Shown piece by piece: positions 1 through 10,640 of a DNA stretch of 64,000 nt. The position numbers were made by a program, and so were the translations under genes. Every line of letters starts with the position of its first letter. Within the stretch, counting starts at the first letter, position 1. The DNA is taken from positions 1 through 64,000 of the IMG/VR virus record IMGVR_UViG_3300013947_000024; one strand, written 5' to 3'. Source of the DNA: a virus. Its lineage: Duplodnaviria > Caudoviricetes. The notes below the pieces were generated by a model that did not search any database, was not told the DNA's origin, and worked only from the letters and a program-made list of their open reading frames with translations.

Positions 1-1
1 C

Positions 2-1300
2 TCTGGCGCATCATACAGAGATGATTTGTGTGCTCATAAAATCCATAAGAACCCGTCAAAAGAGATAGACGAGATTCTTAAAAATAATAATGGATTCCTT
101 GTTTATCAGGAAGATGTTATTAAGTTTCTTCAACAGGCTTGTGGATTGACGGGAAGCGAAGCAGATAATGTTCGTCGTGGTATTGCCAAGAAGAGGATGG
201 AAATTCTTGACAAAGCAATGCCTAAAATTGTGAACGGTTATTGTGAAAGATCTGACAAGCCGAGAGAAGAAGCAGAACAAGATCTTCAACAATTCCTGCA
301 AGTCATTAAAGACGCATCGGATTACATGTTTGGGTACAACCATAGCGTAGCATATTGTCTTTTGTCTTATCTATGCGCATATCTGCGTTATTATTATCCC
401 AAAGAGTTTATCGCTGGGTATCTTAATTTTGCGGCTAATGCAGATGATATTAAAAACGGAACAGAGCTTGCAAAAGCATATAATGTCAGAATCACACCTC
501 CTAAGTATGGCGTGTCTCGTGGCGGTTATGCGTATGATAAAGAGGCTGGAGTTATTGCAAAAGGTCTTTCTTCGATTAAATACCTTTCCAGTGATATTGC
601 TGATAGCCTTTATAACATTGCGCATAATGATAACCCGCAAGACTTCTCTGACATGCTGATTCTATCAAGTGACAAGGGCATAGATACAAGACAAATGACG
701 ATTCTCATCAATATCAATTTCTTTGAAAGATTTGGAACGGTTCCTAAGCTCGCAAGAATCTATTCGGCGTATCAGCTATTTTACAAACAAGGCAAACCGA
801 TTAAGTCCATGAGAAAGGATAAAGTCGGCAATGGAGATTTTGCAGAGGTCGTTAAGAGCCATTCTACCGATAAGACGAAGACTGGTAAGGAAGCGGCTTC
901 TTATACCTTCGCGACAGAAGAAGATGTGGCAGAGTGTCTTAGAGATTGTGAGAGACATATTCTTGCGCTACCTGTTCCTGATCTTTCATTAAAAGATAAA
1001 ATTCAAAACAGTATAGACTACCTCGGATATTGCGATGTACAGACAGGAGATCCGAAAGACAGAAGAAAACTGATTATCGGCGATGTGCACGCAAAACGCT
1101 CTAACACATCTGGTGCTATATGGGCGTATTCATTAGATGTTCAGTCATTAGGTACTGGAAAAGCCTCACAGCTCACCGTTCTTTCAAGGATGTATGACAA
1201 GAATCCTATCAAAAAAGGTGATATTGTGTATTGCAAAAACATATACAAGAATGAGAGGGGCTACTGGTACATGAACGACTGGAGCCAAATTTCATCATGA
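2..1300 (+). CDS. dnaE: DNA polymerase III alpha subunit, C-terminal part (5'-truncated by window edge)
   Basis: Frame is open from position 2. Motifs GFLVYQEDVI, ADNVRRGIAKK, YMFGYNHSVAY...AYLRYYYP and KGLSSIK match family C polymerase; C-terminal OB-like region. Confidence 0.9.
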   Translation, partial: SGASYRDDLCAHKIHKNPSKEIDEILKNNNGFLVYQEDVIKFLQQACGLTGSEADNVRRGIAKKRMEILDKAMPKIVNGYCERSDKPREEAEQDLQQFLQVIKDASDYMFGYNHSVAYCLLSYLCAYLRYYYPKEFIAGYLNFAANADDIKNGTELAKAYNVRITPPKYGVSRGGYAYDKEAGVIAKGLSSIKYLSSDIADSLYNIAHNDNPQDFSDMLILSSDKGIDTRQMTILININFFERFGTVPKLARIYSAYQLFYKQGKPIKSMRKDKVGNGDFAEVVKSHSTDKTKTGKEAASYTFATEEDVAECLRDCERHILALPVPDLSLKDKIQNSIDYLGYCDVQTGDPKDRRKLIIGDVHAKRSNTSGAIWAYSLDVQSLGTGKASQLTVLSRMYDKNPIKKGDIVYCKNIYKNERGYWYMNDWSQISS

Positions 1301-1329
1301 TTAAAATAAAGAGAGGATAAATTTAACAC

Positions 1330-2121
1330 ATGGAACAGACAAATTCACTTGAGATTTTCAATCTCCAACAGGCAGGGCAGAGCGCCGATGTGCGTATTCT
1401 GTTCACCACAACAAACGGTATCACTAAAGTGCCAACGCACAGAATCAAGAACGGGGATAAGACAAAGCGCGTTAAGTGTCTTGGAACGACAGGAGACGGT
1501 TGCCCTTGTTGCAAGGCTGGTGTTCCCGTAGAGAACAGACTTATCGTTCATCTCTACGATTATACAGATGGCAAGGAGAAAGTTTGGGATAGAACAGATA
1601 ACGCAAGGTTCCTTCAGTCTCTTGTAGATGTAGAGCAGATGTGGGGCAATCTTTGTGATGTTCCTGTGCGTATTACAAGAGATTCGCAGGACTTCCCGAC
1701 TTATTCGGTTGCTGTTCTTCCTGCACAGCAGTTCCCTCCTGTGCAAGGTATGGAGATCGGCAAGGACTGCTCTTTCCGCTTTGGATTCTATCGTAGCAAG
1801 GAAGAGCTTGATGAGGCGCTTCGCACAGGCGTAGTTCCCCCTCATGTCAAGAAGCCGAAGGTTGATAATATGACGCCTCCTCCGCAGTATGGCTCCAGAC
1901 CCGCTACAACGCCCTACAACGCGCAGAGTGTTTCTACTCCTAATTATACCGCCCCTACCTATTCAGCACCTACACAGCCTATTCAGACGCCTCCTGCGTC
2001 AAATTCGGCTCCTGCGGTTGCGCCCACATACGCAACATCTGCACAGTCGTCCACCTATACGCCGTCTGCCGACGCGAATATTTATGCAGAGTCTCTTGAC
2101 GACGAGGATCTGCCGTTCTAA
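1330..2121 (+). CDS. Single-stranded DNA-binding protein, T4 gp32-like
   Basis: Zn-type H...C...CPCC motif, Pro/Thr/Ala-rich linker, acidic SSB tail DDEDLPF, replication context. Confidence 0.7.
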   Translation: MEQTNSLEIFNLQQAGQSADVRILFTTTNGITKVPTHRIKNGDKTKRVKCLGTTGDGCPCCKAGVPVENRLIVHLYDYTDGKEKVWDRTDNARFLQSLVDVEQMWGNLCDVPVRITRDSQDFPTYSVAVLPAQQFPPVQGMEIGKDCSFRFGFYRSKEELDEALRTGVVPPHVKKPKVDNMTPPPQYGSRPATTPYNAQSVSTPNYTAPTYSAPTQPIQTPPASNSAPAVAPTYATSAQSSTYTPSADANIYAESLDDEDLPF

Positions 2122-2645
2122 TGACAGACTGTTTAGGAAAGAAGTTTGAGGCAAAGGTAAAGAGTGACTGGGACAAGATTCATGGAGCTGTTTTAGAGAG
2201 ACTCTATGATGTAGCCATCGGATATGCGACCGTTTCTAATGTTGCGGACTTCGTTGGCTACTATCCGCCCACTCTTTACTATATTGAATGTAAAACCACA
2301 CAGGGAAATACTTTTAACTTTGCGCAACTCACGCAGTATGACAAGCTAATGGAGCGAACAGGGATTTATGGCGTAGTCCCTGGGGTTGTATTGTGGTTTT
2401 ACGACCATGATGTTGTGTGCTTTATTCATATTAACGAGATTAAGAAGATGAAAGATAATGGGTGTAAGTCCGTTAATGTGAAAATGCTTGACGGAGAGTT
2501 CAACGGGGTCAAGTATGATATTCTGAAAATTCCGTCAAAGAAGAAGCGCACGTACATGGATAGCGATTATACGGTTTTGTTTGAAAAATATCGAATGGAG
2601 GGAGTTCCTAATGGAAACAACGGAGAGATTTCAGGAAGTAAATAA
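2121..2645 (+). CDS. recU: RecU-like Holliday junction resolvase
   Basis: GKKFE...ADF...IECKT...Q PD-(D/E)XK pattern typical of RecU. Confidence 0.75.
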   Translation: MTDCLGKKFEAKVKSDWDKIHGAVLERLYDVAIGYATVSNVADFVGYYPPTLYYIECKTTQGNTFNFAQLTQYDKLMERTGIYGVVPGVVLWFYDHDVVCFIHINEIKKMKDNGCKSVNVKMLDGEFNGVKYDILKIPSKKKRTYMDSDYTVLFEKYRMEGVPNGNNGEISGSK

Positions 2646-3156
2646 GACAATTGAAGAGGATTCGGCGAGATTTTCTGCTATGGCTGGTGAATATGCGAAG
2701 AAGATTACAAAGCATATTGACACGGCTATGCAGGAAGCATATAAGGCGCTTAATGATAGCACAAACACTACAATCAGTGTCGAGTATCTTGAAAGGCTCG
2801 TGCTTAATCTTTCGTCGCTTCTGTACTTTGTTTCTGACAAAGTCGAGGAGATCAATATCAGAGACGATGTGGCAACCGCAACCGCGAAGGACGCGTATGA
2901 AAAGGCGTACCTTAACGCGTGCGCAGAGAAGGATGATAAAGGCAAGAGCATTCGCACGGTAGCAGAAAATCAGTCTCTTGCAAGTCAGTCTTCAAAGGAA
3001 GAAGAGATTCTTGCTACAATCTACGACCGAGCAAGCAAGATTGTAAGAAGCAAGGTGGAGGCTGGTAATGAGATGGTGGCAACTATCAGAAAAATCATCA
3101 CGCTCCGTATCAAGCAGATGGAGCAGGAAGACGCAGTGGACAGGAGTGATAGCTGA
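2611..3156 (+). CDS. Helical/coiled-coil protein, possible UvsY-like recombination mediator
   Basis: SD GGAGG before ATG 2611; all-helical; directly upstream of recA. Function inferred from position only. Confidence 0.35.
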   Translation: METTERFQEVNKTIEEDSARFSAMAGEYAKKITKHIDTAMQEAYKALNDSTNTTISVEYLERLVLNLSSLLYFVSDKVEEINIRDDVATATAKDAYEKAYLNACAEKDDKGKSIRTVAENQSLASQSSKEEEILATIYDRASKIVRSKVEAGNEMVATIRKIITLRIKQMEQEDAVDRSDS

Positions 3157-4328
3157 TGGCAATTTCTGAAATTATGAAAAAGCTGGAAAAGAAGAACGGT
3201 GTGGCTGTTATTACGAGTGGGGTTAAGGCGGTGGCGTCTGCTGGTACGCTTTCGCTCGGATCGCCATCTCTTGACTATTGCCTGTTCAACTCTTTCCCTG
3301 AGGGTAAGATTATCGAATTTTCTGGTAGAGAGTCAAGTGGCAAAACAACCATGGCTTTCTTTGTAGCAAATAGCTATATCCGCAGAGAGCTTGAAAGAAA
3401 CCCTGATCACCCGAGAGGAATTCTCTTTGTAGATGTCGAGTGCGCGGCAGACCCCGAGTGGGCACTTAAATCTACTGGCTACGATATGAACAGAACCGAT
3501 GTTGTCACATATTGTTATCGTCCTACTGGTGGAACATCGGCAGAGGAGATTCTTCAGACAATTATTGACGCCGTTCATGATAACGAAATAGGTCTTGTGA
3601 TTCTGGACTCTATCTCCTATCTTGTATCTGGTCAGATTGCTGGTGAGGATATGGATAAGAAGGATATGGGCGGTGTTTCTAAGACGCTGAAAGACTTCTG
3701 CTGTAAGATCACGGGAGATCTTAATCGCTATGGTATCACTCTCATCGGTCTTAACGGTTGTAGAGATAACCTTTCTCCGTATGGCGAGAAGGAAATCACT
3801 CCTGGAGGTAATGGATGGAAACAGGCTTGTATGGTGAGACTTCGTTTTAAGCGTGGCGCTTTCTTTGACGAGAATGGCGACGAAGTGCCTAAGACTTGTG
3901 GTAATCCCGCTGGACATATCATTGAAATGGCAGTCCTAAAGACAAAGGTATGCGAATGGTCGAGAAAGCAGGGTATGGCGCACCTTAACTACGCAAGAGG
4001 CATGGATATTGTCGCTGATACCATTGATGTCGCGACATGCGTTGGTCTTATCGACAACAGCACGCAGGGAACATTCAAGCTCATCGACACGGAAAGTGGC
4101 GAGCCTATTCTCGGAGAAGATGGAGAGCCTGTCAAGATTCGTGGCAAGAAGAATGTTCGTATCTATCTTGAAGAGCATAAAGATGTGTGGAAGAAACTGT
4201 ATGACAAAGTCTATGAGAAGATTTCCATTAAATCCGACCCCTTCATCAAGTCCTTCGAGGAAATGCTTGGTACGAGTGTGTATGAGAAGTTCGGTCTAAA
4301 CGAAGACTCTGACATTGCTAACGTATGA
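3156..4328 (+). CDS. recA: RecA/UvsX-family recombinase
   Basis: GSPSLD, Walker A GRESSGKTT, FVDVECAAD, Walker B LVILDSI, TPGG. Confidence 0.92.
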   Translation: MAISEIMKKLEKKNGVAVITSGVKAVASAGTLSLGSPSLDYCLFNSFPEGKIIEFSGRESSGKTTMAFFVANSYIRRELERNPDHPRGILFVDVECAADPEWALKSTGYDMNRTDVVTYCYRPTGGTSAEEILQTIIDAVHDNEIGLVILDSISYLVSGQIAGEDMDKKDMGGVSKTLKDFCCKITGDLNRYGITLIGLNGCRDNLSPYGEKEITPGGNGWKQACMVRLRFKRGAFFDENGDEVPKTCGNPAGHIIEMAVLKTKVCEWSRKQGMAHLNYARGMDIVADTIDVATCVGLIDNSTQGTFKLIDTESGEPILGEDGEPVKIRGKKNVRIYLEEHKDVWKKLYDKVYEKISIKSDPFIKSFEEMLGTSVYEKFGLNEDSDIANV

Positions 4329-4678
4329 CAAAGAATAAAGATAGCACAAGATATTTCAGTACGAGACAAGAAGAGAGCGTTTGTAAGGTTGTCAACGGGC
4401 ATAGAACCGCAAACTCTGGTGCTGGCTTGTGGAATAAGTCCGATGTGTACAACAAAGAAGCGTCGCTATGTGTAGAGTGTAAAACTCCTATGAGCGAGAA
4501 GAATTCGTTCTCTATCAAGAAAGAGTGGATTGAAAAGAACAGGAAAGAAGCTAAAGACGGAAGGTTTGAAAATCCTGTTCTTGCATTTAACTTTGAACCA
4601 GACGGAGAAAACTTCTTTGTAATAGACGAAAAGCTCATGAGATTCCTTGTCGAAAAGCTGGAAGAATACAATCAATAG
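4325..4678 (+). CDS. PD-(D/E)XK nuclease, Holliday-junction-resolvase-like
   Basis: QE...NSGA...KSDV...VECK motif. Confidence 0.65.
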   Translation: MTKNKDSTRYFSTRQEESVCKVVNGHRTANSGAGLWNKSDVYNKEASLCVECKTPMSEKNSFSIKKEWIEKNRKEAKDGRFENPVLAFNFEPDGENFFVIDEKLMRFLVEKLEEYNQ

Positions 4679-4683
4679 AGCGG

Positions 4684-4720
4684 TCGGCTACTGGAGAAAA
4701 TCTGGTAGCCGATTTTTTTT
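4684..4720 (+). terminator. Rho-independent terminator
   Basis: TCGGCTAC...GTAGCCGA stem followed by T8. Confidence 0.8.
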
Positions 4721-4726
4721 GTCACG

Positions 4727-4761
4727 AAGTAGTTGACTTTTGCAATTCTTTGTGATAGAAT
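4727..4761 (+). promoter_or_regulatory. SigA-type promoter, AAGTAG-TTGAC family (P1)
   Basis: TTGACT 4733-4738, 17 bp spacer, TG-n-TAGAAT 4756-4761. Confidence 0.8.
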
Positions 4762-4785
4762 AAAGGCACAACAAATGAAAGAGGT

Positions 4786-5085
4786 GTGAATATGTATCTG
4801 ATTATAAGAGAAGATAATAGAATAGAAGTCATTAAAGATTCTATTTCCGATGAAGATGTTTACACGGTGATTAAGGGCGACCCGTGCAATAACTCTGTGT
4901 GCGCGTTGGCAGATGATTATTCTGACATTGTAGTTGTGTCTGACACGTGGCTTCGCGGTGATAAGCATGAGGTGCTTGGGACTGATTACTACGGAGATGT
5001 CATAATCGCAAGATACGGCATCTTGGACGGAGAATATCATTCGTTGCGAGACGACGATGTGCACTGGCTGTTGCCGAAACTTTAA
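4786..5085 (+). CDS. Hypothetical protein
   Basis: First ORF after P1; GAGG SD. Confidence 0.55.
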   Translation: MNMYLIIREDNRIEVIKDSISDEDVYTVIKGDPCNNSVCALADDYSDIVVVSDTWLRGDKHEVLGTDYYGDVIIARYGILDGEYHSLRDDDVHWLLPKL

Positions 5086-5094
5086 GAGATTGTC

Positions 5095-5346
5095 ATGCAA
5101 GAACCGCATTACTATCGAGTAAGAGCGCAACAAGGGCACGCAGGAGCGCGGAATTATACTGAGATTGTTTTCTACATCAAGGCACAGAATATTGTCAATG
5201 CAATGTGGAAAGCAAAGCGTATGCCGAGTGTAAAACATTCACAATCAATCATTGGCGCGACTGAGATTTCTCTTGAGGAATATCAAGAAGGAAGAAAAAT
5301 AAGCGCATACAAAAGAAACGAAGAAAGAGGTAAAGAAAATGCTTGA
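5095..5346 (+). CDS. Hypothetical protein
   Basis: Tightly packed + strand ORF. Confidence 0.55.
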   Translation: MQEPHYYRVRAQQGHAGARNYTEIVFYIKAQNIVNAMWKAKRMPSVKHSQSIIGATEISLEEYQEGRKISAYKRNEERGKENA

Positions 5347-5998
5347 AGCAACAAAGAACAATTATGCAAAATATCGTCATTATCTGAAGTCATATATCAA
5401 GAGAGAGGGCGTAGATAAGCTCATTGCCTTTCTTGACAATCAGACAGATATGGCAGTAGCGCCCGCGTCGTCGAAATATCATGGATCGTACGAGGGCGGT
5501 CTTGTACAGCACTCTATCAATGTATTCATGAGACTGCACAAACTTCTTACGAGCGAGTATGGAGAAAATTGTCCGTATTCCAAAGAGACGATTGCTATCG
5601 TCGCTCTGCTTCATGATATTTCCAAAACGAATCTTTATCAGCTCTCTATGAGAAATGTAAAGGACGAGAGTGGCAACTGGACACAGGTTCCTTTTTATAC
5701 CGCGAGAGAAGACGCGCTTCTGTATGGTGGTCATGAAGAGAATAGCGTGTTTATTCTTCGCCACTTTATCAACCTGACATATGAAGAGGAAATCGCTATT
5801 CTTCATCATAGTGGCGGGATGGGGGCAGATACTGACGCAAAGGTCGCTCAGACGATGAAGGCGCTTAGCGCTTGTCCTCTTGCCTTATTCCTTCATCAGG
5901 CAGATATGCAAGCCACATGTATCGACGAGGGCAACGCAAAGCTCTCTCCGAAAGAAATGTTTTCTGTTGAGGAGAAAGTAGATGCCACAGAGAACTGA
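5339..5998 (+). CDS. HD-domain phosphohydrolase (YhaM-like HD)
   Basis: APAS.KYH...GGLVQHS, ALLHDISK, GH, HH, HQAD motifs. Confidence 0.85.
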   Translation: MLEATKNNYAKYRHYLKSYIKREGVDKLIAFLDNQTDMAVAPASSKYHGSYEGGLVQHSINVFMRLHKLLTSEYGENCPYSKETIAIVALLHDISKTNLYQLSMRNVKDESGNWTQVPFYTAREDALLYGGHEENSVFILRHFINLTYEEEIAILHHSGGMGADTDAKVAQTMKALSACPLALFLHQADMQATCIDEGNAKLSPKEMFSVEEKVDATEN

Positions 5999-6338
5999 GA
6001 CATGGCTTGAACAATTCCGTATGCTTGAAAACCTCCCTCATAAAATCGAGGGAGGAGATAATCTTATGGGAGACTTCGATTTCGTGGTATTCTTTAAGAA
6101 TGGAGATAACATGGATAAACTCAAGGTTATCTTTGAAGATTATATCCTGTCTCCTCCTCCGCAGTTTGACCTTCATGAGCGGTGGAATCACGGAATTGCG
6201 CCTTATGCAAAGGTGATGTTCGGCAGAGTGATTGCAGAAACAAACGGAATGTATCACTTTGTCTTGCATACGGAATATAACGATAAGGTTTGGGACGGTT
6301 GGTGCCCGAAAAAATCCTGTTCGGTGGAGGCGCTGTAA
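5982..6338 (+). CDS. Hypothetical protein
   Basis: Overlap-coupled ORF in operon. Confidence 0.55.
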   Translation: MPQRTETWLEQFRMLENLPHKIEGGDNLMGDFDFVVFFKNGDNMDKLKVIFEDYILSPPPQFDLHERWNHGIAPYAKVMFGRVIAETNGMYHFVLHTEYNDKVWDGWCPKKSCSVEAL

Positions 6339-7372
6339 TGAGCAAGATTTTAATTTATGCAGACCCACATTGGTGTAAAACATCTTCTATTCTCCGTGGA
6401 TATAGCGGGGATAAAACAATGCGACTTCATCTTCTGATTCAATCTCTGTCTTGGGTTGAAGAAGAAGCTATGAGTAGAGGTTGTGATACAATTCTCTGTC
6501 TTGGTGACTTCTTCGACCGAGCAAGTCTGGACGCTGAAGAAATCACGGCGCTTAGAGAATTAAAGTTTAGCCCATCTATTAAGCACTGGTTCCTTGTTGG
6601 TAATCACGATGCTTATAACGCAGATAATAGCGTGAGCGCTACGAACCTTTTCTGTCTTATGGATGGAGTAACGGTCTTCTCACAGCCCACAACCATCACA
6701 GAAGGCACGACAGAGCTTTGTATGCTTCCTTATACCCGCGATACTAAATCGGTCAATCTTGAGCGTTTATTCGGCTCGTGGGATAGCACAAAAACAAAGC
6801 GGTATATTTTCAGCCACAACGATATTATGGGAATTCAGTATGGAGGCATTGTTACAACCTTTGGAATTCCAATTGAAGACTTATCTCGTAATTGCACATA
6901 TTGTTTTAACGGTCATATTCATAACAGAGGAATGGTCACAGATAATGTTTGCAATGTTGGGAATCTCACTGGATTAAATTTCAGTGAAGACGGATTTAAG
7001 TACAAACATGTAGCCATGATTCTTGACGCCGATTCTGGCGAGATTACAACAGTGGATAATCCGTATGCGGTGTGCTTTTACAAGTCGGACTTCCGTAATG
7101 ACAATTATAATGTTTCGTTCCCTCCGTTTGCGGTGGTGTCAGCTACATGCTATTCTGATTCCACGCAGAGAGTTAGAGAGCTGTTGGAAGCAGAGAATGT
7201 GCTTGTTTCAAGAATTGTGTCTTTCGAAAGAGAAACGGTGCAGAAAGACAAAGTAAACATTCAAGAGCTTTTGAAGAGGGATCATCTTAAATCGTTCTAT
7301 GAGTATGTTGCAGAACACATTGGAACAGACGAGTCGACTCTTGAAGAGGCGCAGAAAGTGATTGGAGGTTAA
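6338..7372 (+). CDS. Mre11/SbcD (T4 gp47-like) recombination nuclease
   Basis: ADPH, LGDFFD, GNHD, SH, GHIH metallophosphoesterase motifs; adjacent to SbcC-like ATPase; SD-supported ATG at 6338. Confidence 0.88.
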   Translation: MSKILIYADPHWCKTSSILRGYSGDKTMRLHLLIQSLSWVEEEAMSRGCDTILCLGDFFDRASLDAEEITALRELKFSPSIKHWFLVGNHDAYNADNSVSATNLFCLMDGVTVFSQPTTITEGTTELCMLPYTRDTKSVNLERLFGSWDSTKTKRYIFSHNDIMGIQYGGIVTTFGIPIEDLSRNCTYCFNGHIHNRGMVTDNVCNVGNLTGLNFSEDGFKYKHVAMILDADSGEITTVDNPYAVCFYKSDFRNDNYNVSFPPFAVVSATCYSDSTQRVRELLEAENVLVSRIVSFERETVQKDKVNIQELLKRDHLKSFYEYVAEHIGTDESTLEEAQKVIGG

Positions 7373-7375
7373 ACA

Positions 7376-9250
7376 ATGGAGCTTGTATTCAAGAAAGCAG
7401 AAATTCATAACTTCCTTGCTATTGGTAACGCAGAGGTTGATTTTGATGCGCAGGGATTCGTGGTTGTGTCTGGCGTGAATAAATGCGTTGATGACGGCGC
7501 AAAGTCCAACGGGTCTGGGAAATCTTCTATCTTCGATGCTCTTCTTTGGTGCCTTACAGGAGAAACAATCAGAGGCACGAAAGATGTATCGAATATCTAT
7601 ACTGACGATGGAGCACTTGTAAAAGTTAACCTCCTTATCGACGGAGCAGATTACACGATTCTTCGCGCCAAAGATAATAGCGAGTATAAAAGCGCATTAA
7701 AACTTTATAAAGGCACCGAGGATATTTCTGGTAAAGGAATCAGAGAAACCGCAGAAATTATTCAAAATAAGCTCCCGAGCATTGGCGCAGATATTTTACG
7801 GTCTGTCGTAATCTTCGGACAGGGACTTCCTGATAGAATCAGCAACAACACGCCGAGCGGAAGAAAACAGGTGCTTGAAAAGCTCTCGCAGTCCGACTTC
7901 ATGATAGAAGACCTTAAGGAGCGCGTAGCAAATAGGCTCAAGGCTGTCAAGAACGCCCTTAGAATCTCAGAGGACAGACTCCTTGAAGTAAATACCCGTA
8001 TTAAGAGTGATGAGGACTCTGTCGCTGAAATTTCGGCACAGATTGCAGAGCTTGAGGCGGCTACATCAATGAAGATTCAGCTTGAATCTATGAGAAAAGA
8101 CCTAAACTCCAAGCAAATGCTATTCGCACAACATAGCGCTGATTTAGCTAAGAAGCAAGAAACGGTTAGTGCCATGCGAGAGGCGTATAAGGCTATTCAC
8201 GCGCAGGAGGCGTCAGAATTGGCTACAATGCGCGAAGGCTTTTCTGAGAGTATTCATGCTTGCGAAGTAGAGATTGCGAAGCATAGAGAGATTCTGCGTG
8301 CGTCAGAGACGAATATAACGAAAGCAAACAGTATCGTGGATGTGTGCCCGACATGCGGTAGGAAACTTGATGGCGTATTTCGCCCCGATACGACCGAAGA
8401 TGTTATCAGACGAGATAACGCAAAGCGTCTTATAGGAGAATACGAATCAAAGATTGCGGAGCAGAAGGCTCAAATCGAAAAGTCTGCAAAGTTAATCTCT
8501 GAACGCTATGCTGATAAAACCGCCGAAATGACAGCGAACGGCAAACGGCTGAATGAAGAGATTGAAGAATTAAAGCGAAAGTCGGTATCTCTTAGTGACG
8601 AAATTATGAGAGATGGTGCAGAGGTGGAGAGAAGAGACAAACTTCTTAGCGATACAGAATCAAAACTTTCCCTGCTTAATGAACGCCTGTCGGCTGTGAT
8701 GGCTGACAAAGTACTATATGAACAGAAAAAATCATATATAGAAGTAGAGAAAGAGGAGAACACAAATCGCGTCTCTATTGTAACATCATTTAATACTGTT
8801 GTATCAAGAGATTTCCGTGGCTATCTTTTGGTTGGAGTCATCGAGTATATGCGAAAGAGCGCGCAGAGATATGCTTCTAAACTCTTTGGCACATCGAATG
8901 TGCTGTTTGAGCAAGACGGAAATAATCTGAATATTGGCTATAATGGGAAACTCTATGAGAATTTAAGTGGAGGAGAACGACAGAAGGTTGACATTGTAAT
9001 GCAACTTGCCGTCAGAGATATGCTCTGCAATTATCTCGGGTTCTCTTGCAATATTCTTGTTATGGACGAAGTCACGGACAATCTTGACGATGAGGGTTGT
9101 CGTGGCGTAATGCAACTTATTACAGACGACCTGAGTGATATTCAGAGTGTGTTCATTATTTCTCATAGAGTCGGTAGTTTGAACATTCCTTACGACAAAG
9201 AAATTACAGTAATAAAAGCAGAAAACGGGGTGAGCAGTATTCTTGGATAA
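7376..9250 (+). CDS. Rad50/SbcC (T4 gp46-like) ATPase
   Basis: HNF, Walker A NGSGKSS, Q-loop, coiled coil with CPTC Zn hook, LSGGE signature, MDE Walker B, ISH. Confidence 0.92.
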   Translation: MELVFKKAEIHNFLAIGNAEVDFDAQGFVVVSGVNKCVDDGAKSNGSGKSSIFDALLWCLTGETIRGTKDVSNIYTDDGALVKVNLLIDGADYTILRAKDNSEYKSALKLYKGTEDISGKGIRETAEIIQNKLPSIGADILRSVVIFGQGLPDRISNNTPSGRKQVLEKLSQSDFMIEDLKERVANRLKAVKNALRISEDRLLEVNTRIKSDEDSVAEISAQIAELEAATSMKIQLESMRKDLNSKQMLFAQHSADLAKKQETVSAMREAYKAIHAQEASELATMREGFSESIHACEVEIAKHREILRASETNITKANSIVDVCPTCGRKLDGVFRPDTTEDVIRRDNAKRLIGEYESKIAEQKAQIEKSAKLISERYADKTAEMTANGKRLNEEIEELKRKSVSLSDEIMRDGAEVERRDKLLSDTESKLSLLNERLSAVMADKVLYEQKKSYIEVEKEENTNRVSIVTSFNTVVSRDFRGYLLVGVIEYMRKSAQRYASKLFGTSNVLFEQDGNNLNIGYNGKLYENLSGGERQKVDIVMQLAVRDMLCNYLGFSCNILVMDEVTDNLDDEGCRGVMQLITDDLSDIQSVFIISHRVGSLNIPYDKEITVIKAENGVSSILG

Positions 9251-10085
9251 ACAAGAAAAAAGAATCCGATATACAGATATGTGTATTTGGGTAGACGAAA
9301 ACGCATATGCGGACAATGTGGACGAAATCAAACTCTACGAATATATTCAGGTGATCATCGATACACAAGCGAAAAAGAAAAGGTTTTTTAAGCGAGAAGA
9401 CGATTATTTTGATTTTTCGGCGTATTTTGCCACGAAGATCTTTATGCGATATAGAGATCATAGACAGGACAATATCGACGAAAACGGCAAACGGGAACTT
9501 GAACGCATTAAGAGCGTTTCTAACTATGTTCAACAGACAATCTTCTTTAATAAGCTATTGTTTATGAAAGACATTCGCGGAGATAAACGAGAGAAAGCAA
9601 CTATTGGTGTAGAAGCCAGCACACAATTCCGAGATTCTCTTGTGGAAACCATGGACTATCTTCGCGTTTCTGAATTTCGCTCTGCAATGAATAATGTGGC
9701 TTCTACAATTAGAACATTCATGAACAAGATCCCATACAAGGCTGGGAGTGTTGAGTGGCATAGAATTTATATGTCTTGCCTTCTTACAATCATGAACTAT
9801 ATCACGCTCTCTAAAGACAGGAAGCGTAGAGTTGATAAAAGCAATAGTGGCGGTCAAATCAACGAGCGTTGTCTTAACAAGCAATTTCAAAACGAAAGAT
9901 TGTCTGGCGTAAAACTCTACCGACTGGATTCGGATATGAGCCAGTATATTTATGTGCTGACCAACAAGATTATGAAAGAAGTTGCGCATGATCTCACAGA
10001 GACTCTTGGCTGTTATATCCCGACAGAGGACATGGTAAACGCCGTTGTCGAAGAGGGAATTTTTGGAGAAGACGAGGATCAGTAA
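9243..10085 (+). CDS. Conserved-looking helical protein, possibly a sigma-like transcription factor
   Basis: 280 aa helical ORF next to the gp46/47-like genes, where T4-like phages keep their late sigma; no diagnostic motif seen. Confidence 0.3.
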   Translation: MDKQEKRIRYTDMCIWVDENAYADNVDEIKLYEYIQVIIDTQAKKKRFFKREDDYFDFSAYFATKIFMRYRDHRQDNIDENGKRELERIKSVSNYVQQTIFFNKLLFMKDIRGDKREKATIGVEASTQFRDSLVETMDYLRVSEFRSAMNNVASTIRTFMNKIPYKAGSVEWHRIYMSCLLTIMNYITLSKDRKRRVDKSNSGGQINERCLNKQFQNERLSGVKLYRLDSDMSQYIYVLTNKIMKEVAHDLTETLGCYIPTEDMVNAVVEEGIFGEDEDQ

Positions 10086-10456
10086 TGGGTAAATACGCGA
10101 GCTTAAAAGAAAACGATGTATACTCGCTTGTTCTGTTTGCTCTGTATAAGATCATGGGCGACCCAGAATTTTCCACCATTGGAGAACTTGCTTATACGCT
10201 GGATCACGATAACTTCTTAAGGTTTATCGAAACATTCGGTGGCACTACAATCAAGGTGCCCACAGTAGACCAGCTCGAAACTCTTGTTTTTGCTCTTCTG
10301 ATATTTCAGAGAGTAGATGTTGGGAAAGAAAAATTCGCCAATGTTGTGAAGGATATAGACACTCGTTCCAGCGATATATCAGAAATTCTTACGGTTTACG
10401 AAAAAATTAAAGATGTCCTTAAAAATTACGAATTTACGAGGCGTAGCCGTGGATAG
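10085..10456 (+). CDS. Hypothetical protein (FGG-IKVP motif reminiscent of Mor-like activators)
   Basis: Translationally coupled ORF. Confidence 0.4.
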   Translation: MGKYASLKENDVYSLVLFALYKIMGDPEFSTIGELAYTLDHDNFLRFIETFGGTTIKVPTVDQLETLVFALLIFQRVDVGKEKFANVVKDIDTRSSDISEILTVYEKIKDVLKNYEFTRRSRG

Positions 10457-10640
10457 TGAAATGCTGGTTAAGATGATAGAAGATTTATCTTCTTTGAGCA
10501 GAGATAGCACCGAATGTATGGAGCGCAACATTGCAGAAAGGCTTGAACAATCTCTCGCTACATATCAAGAAGAATTAAACGAGTCATATCATTGGGAAGA
10601 AAAGAGAGTTAAAAGAAAGGTTGGTGGATATTATCAATAG
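10449..10640 (+). CDS. Hypothetical protein
   Basis: GTG start after GAGG; start uncertain. Confidence 0.4.
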   Translation: MDSEMLVKMIEDLSSLSRDSTECMERNIAERLEQSLATYQEELNESYHWEEKRVKRKVGGYYQ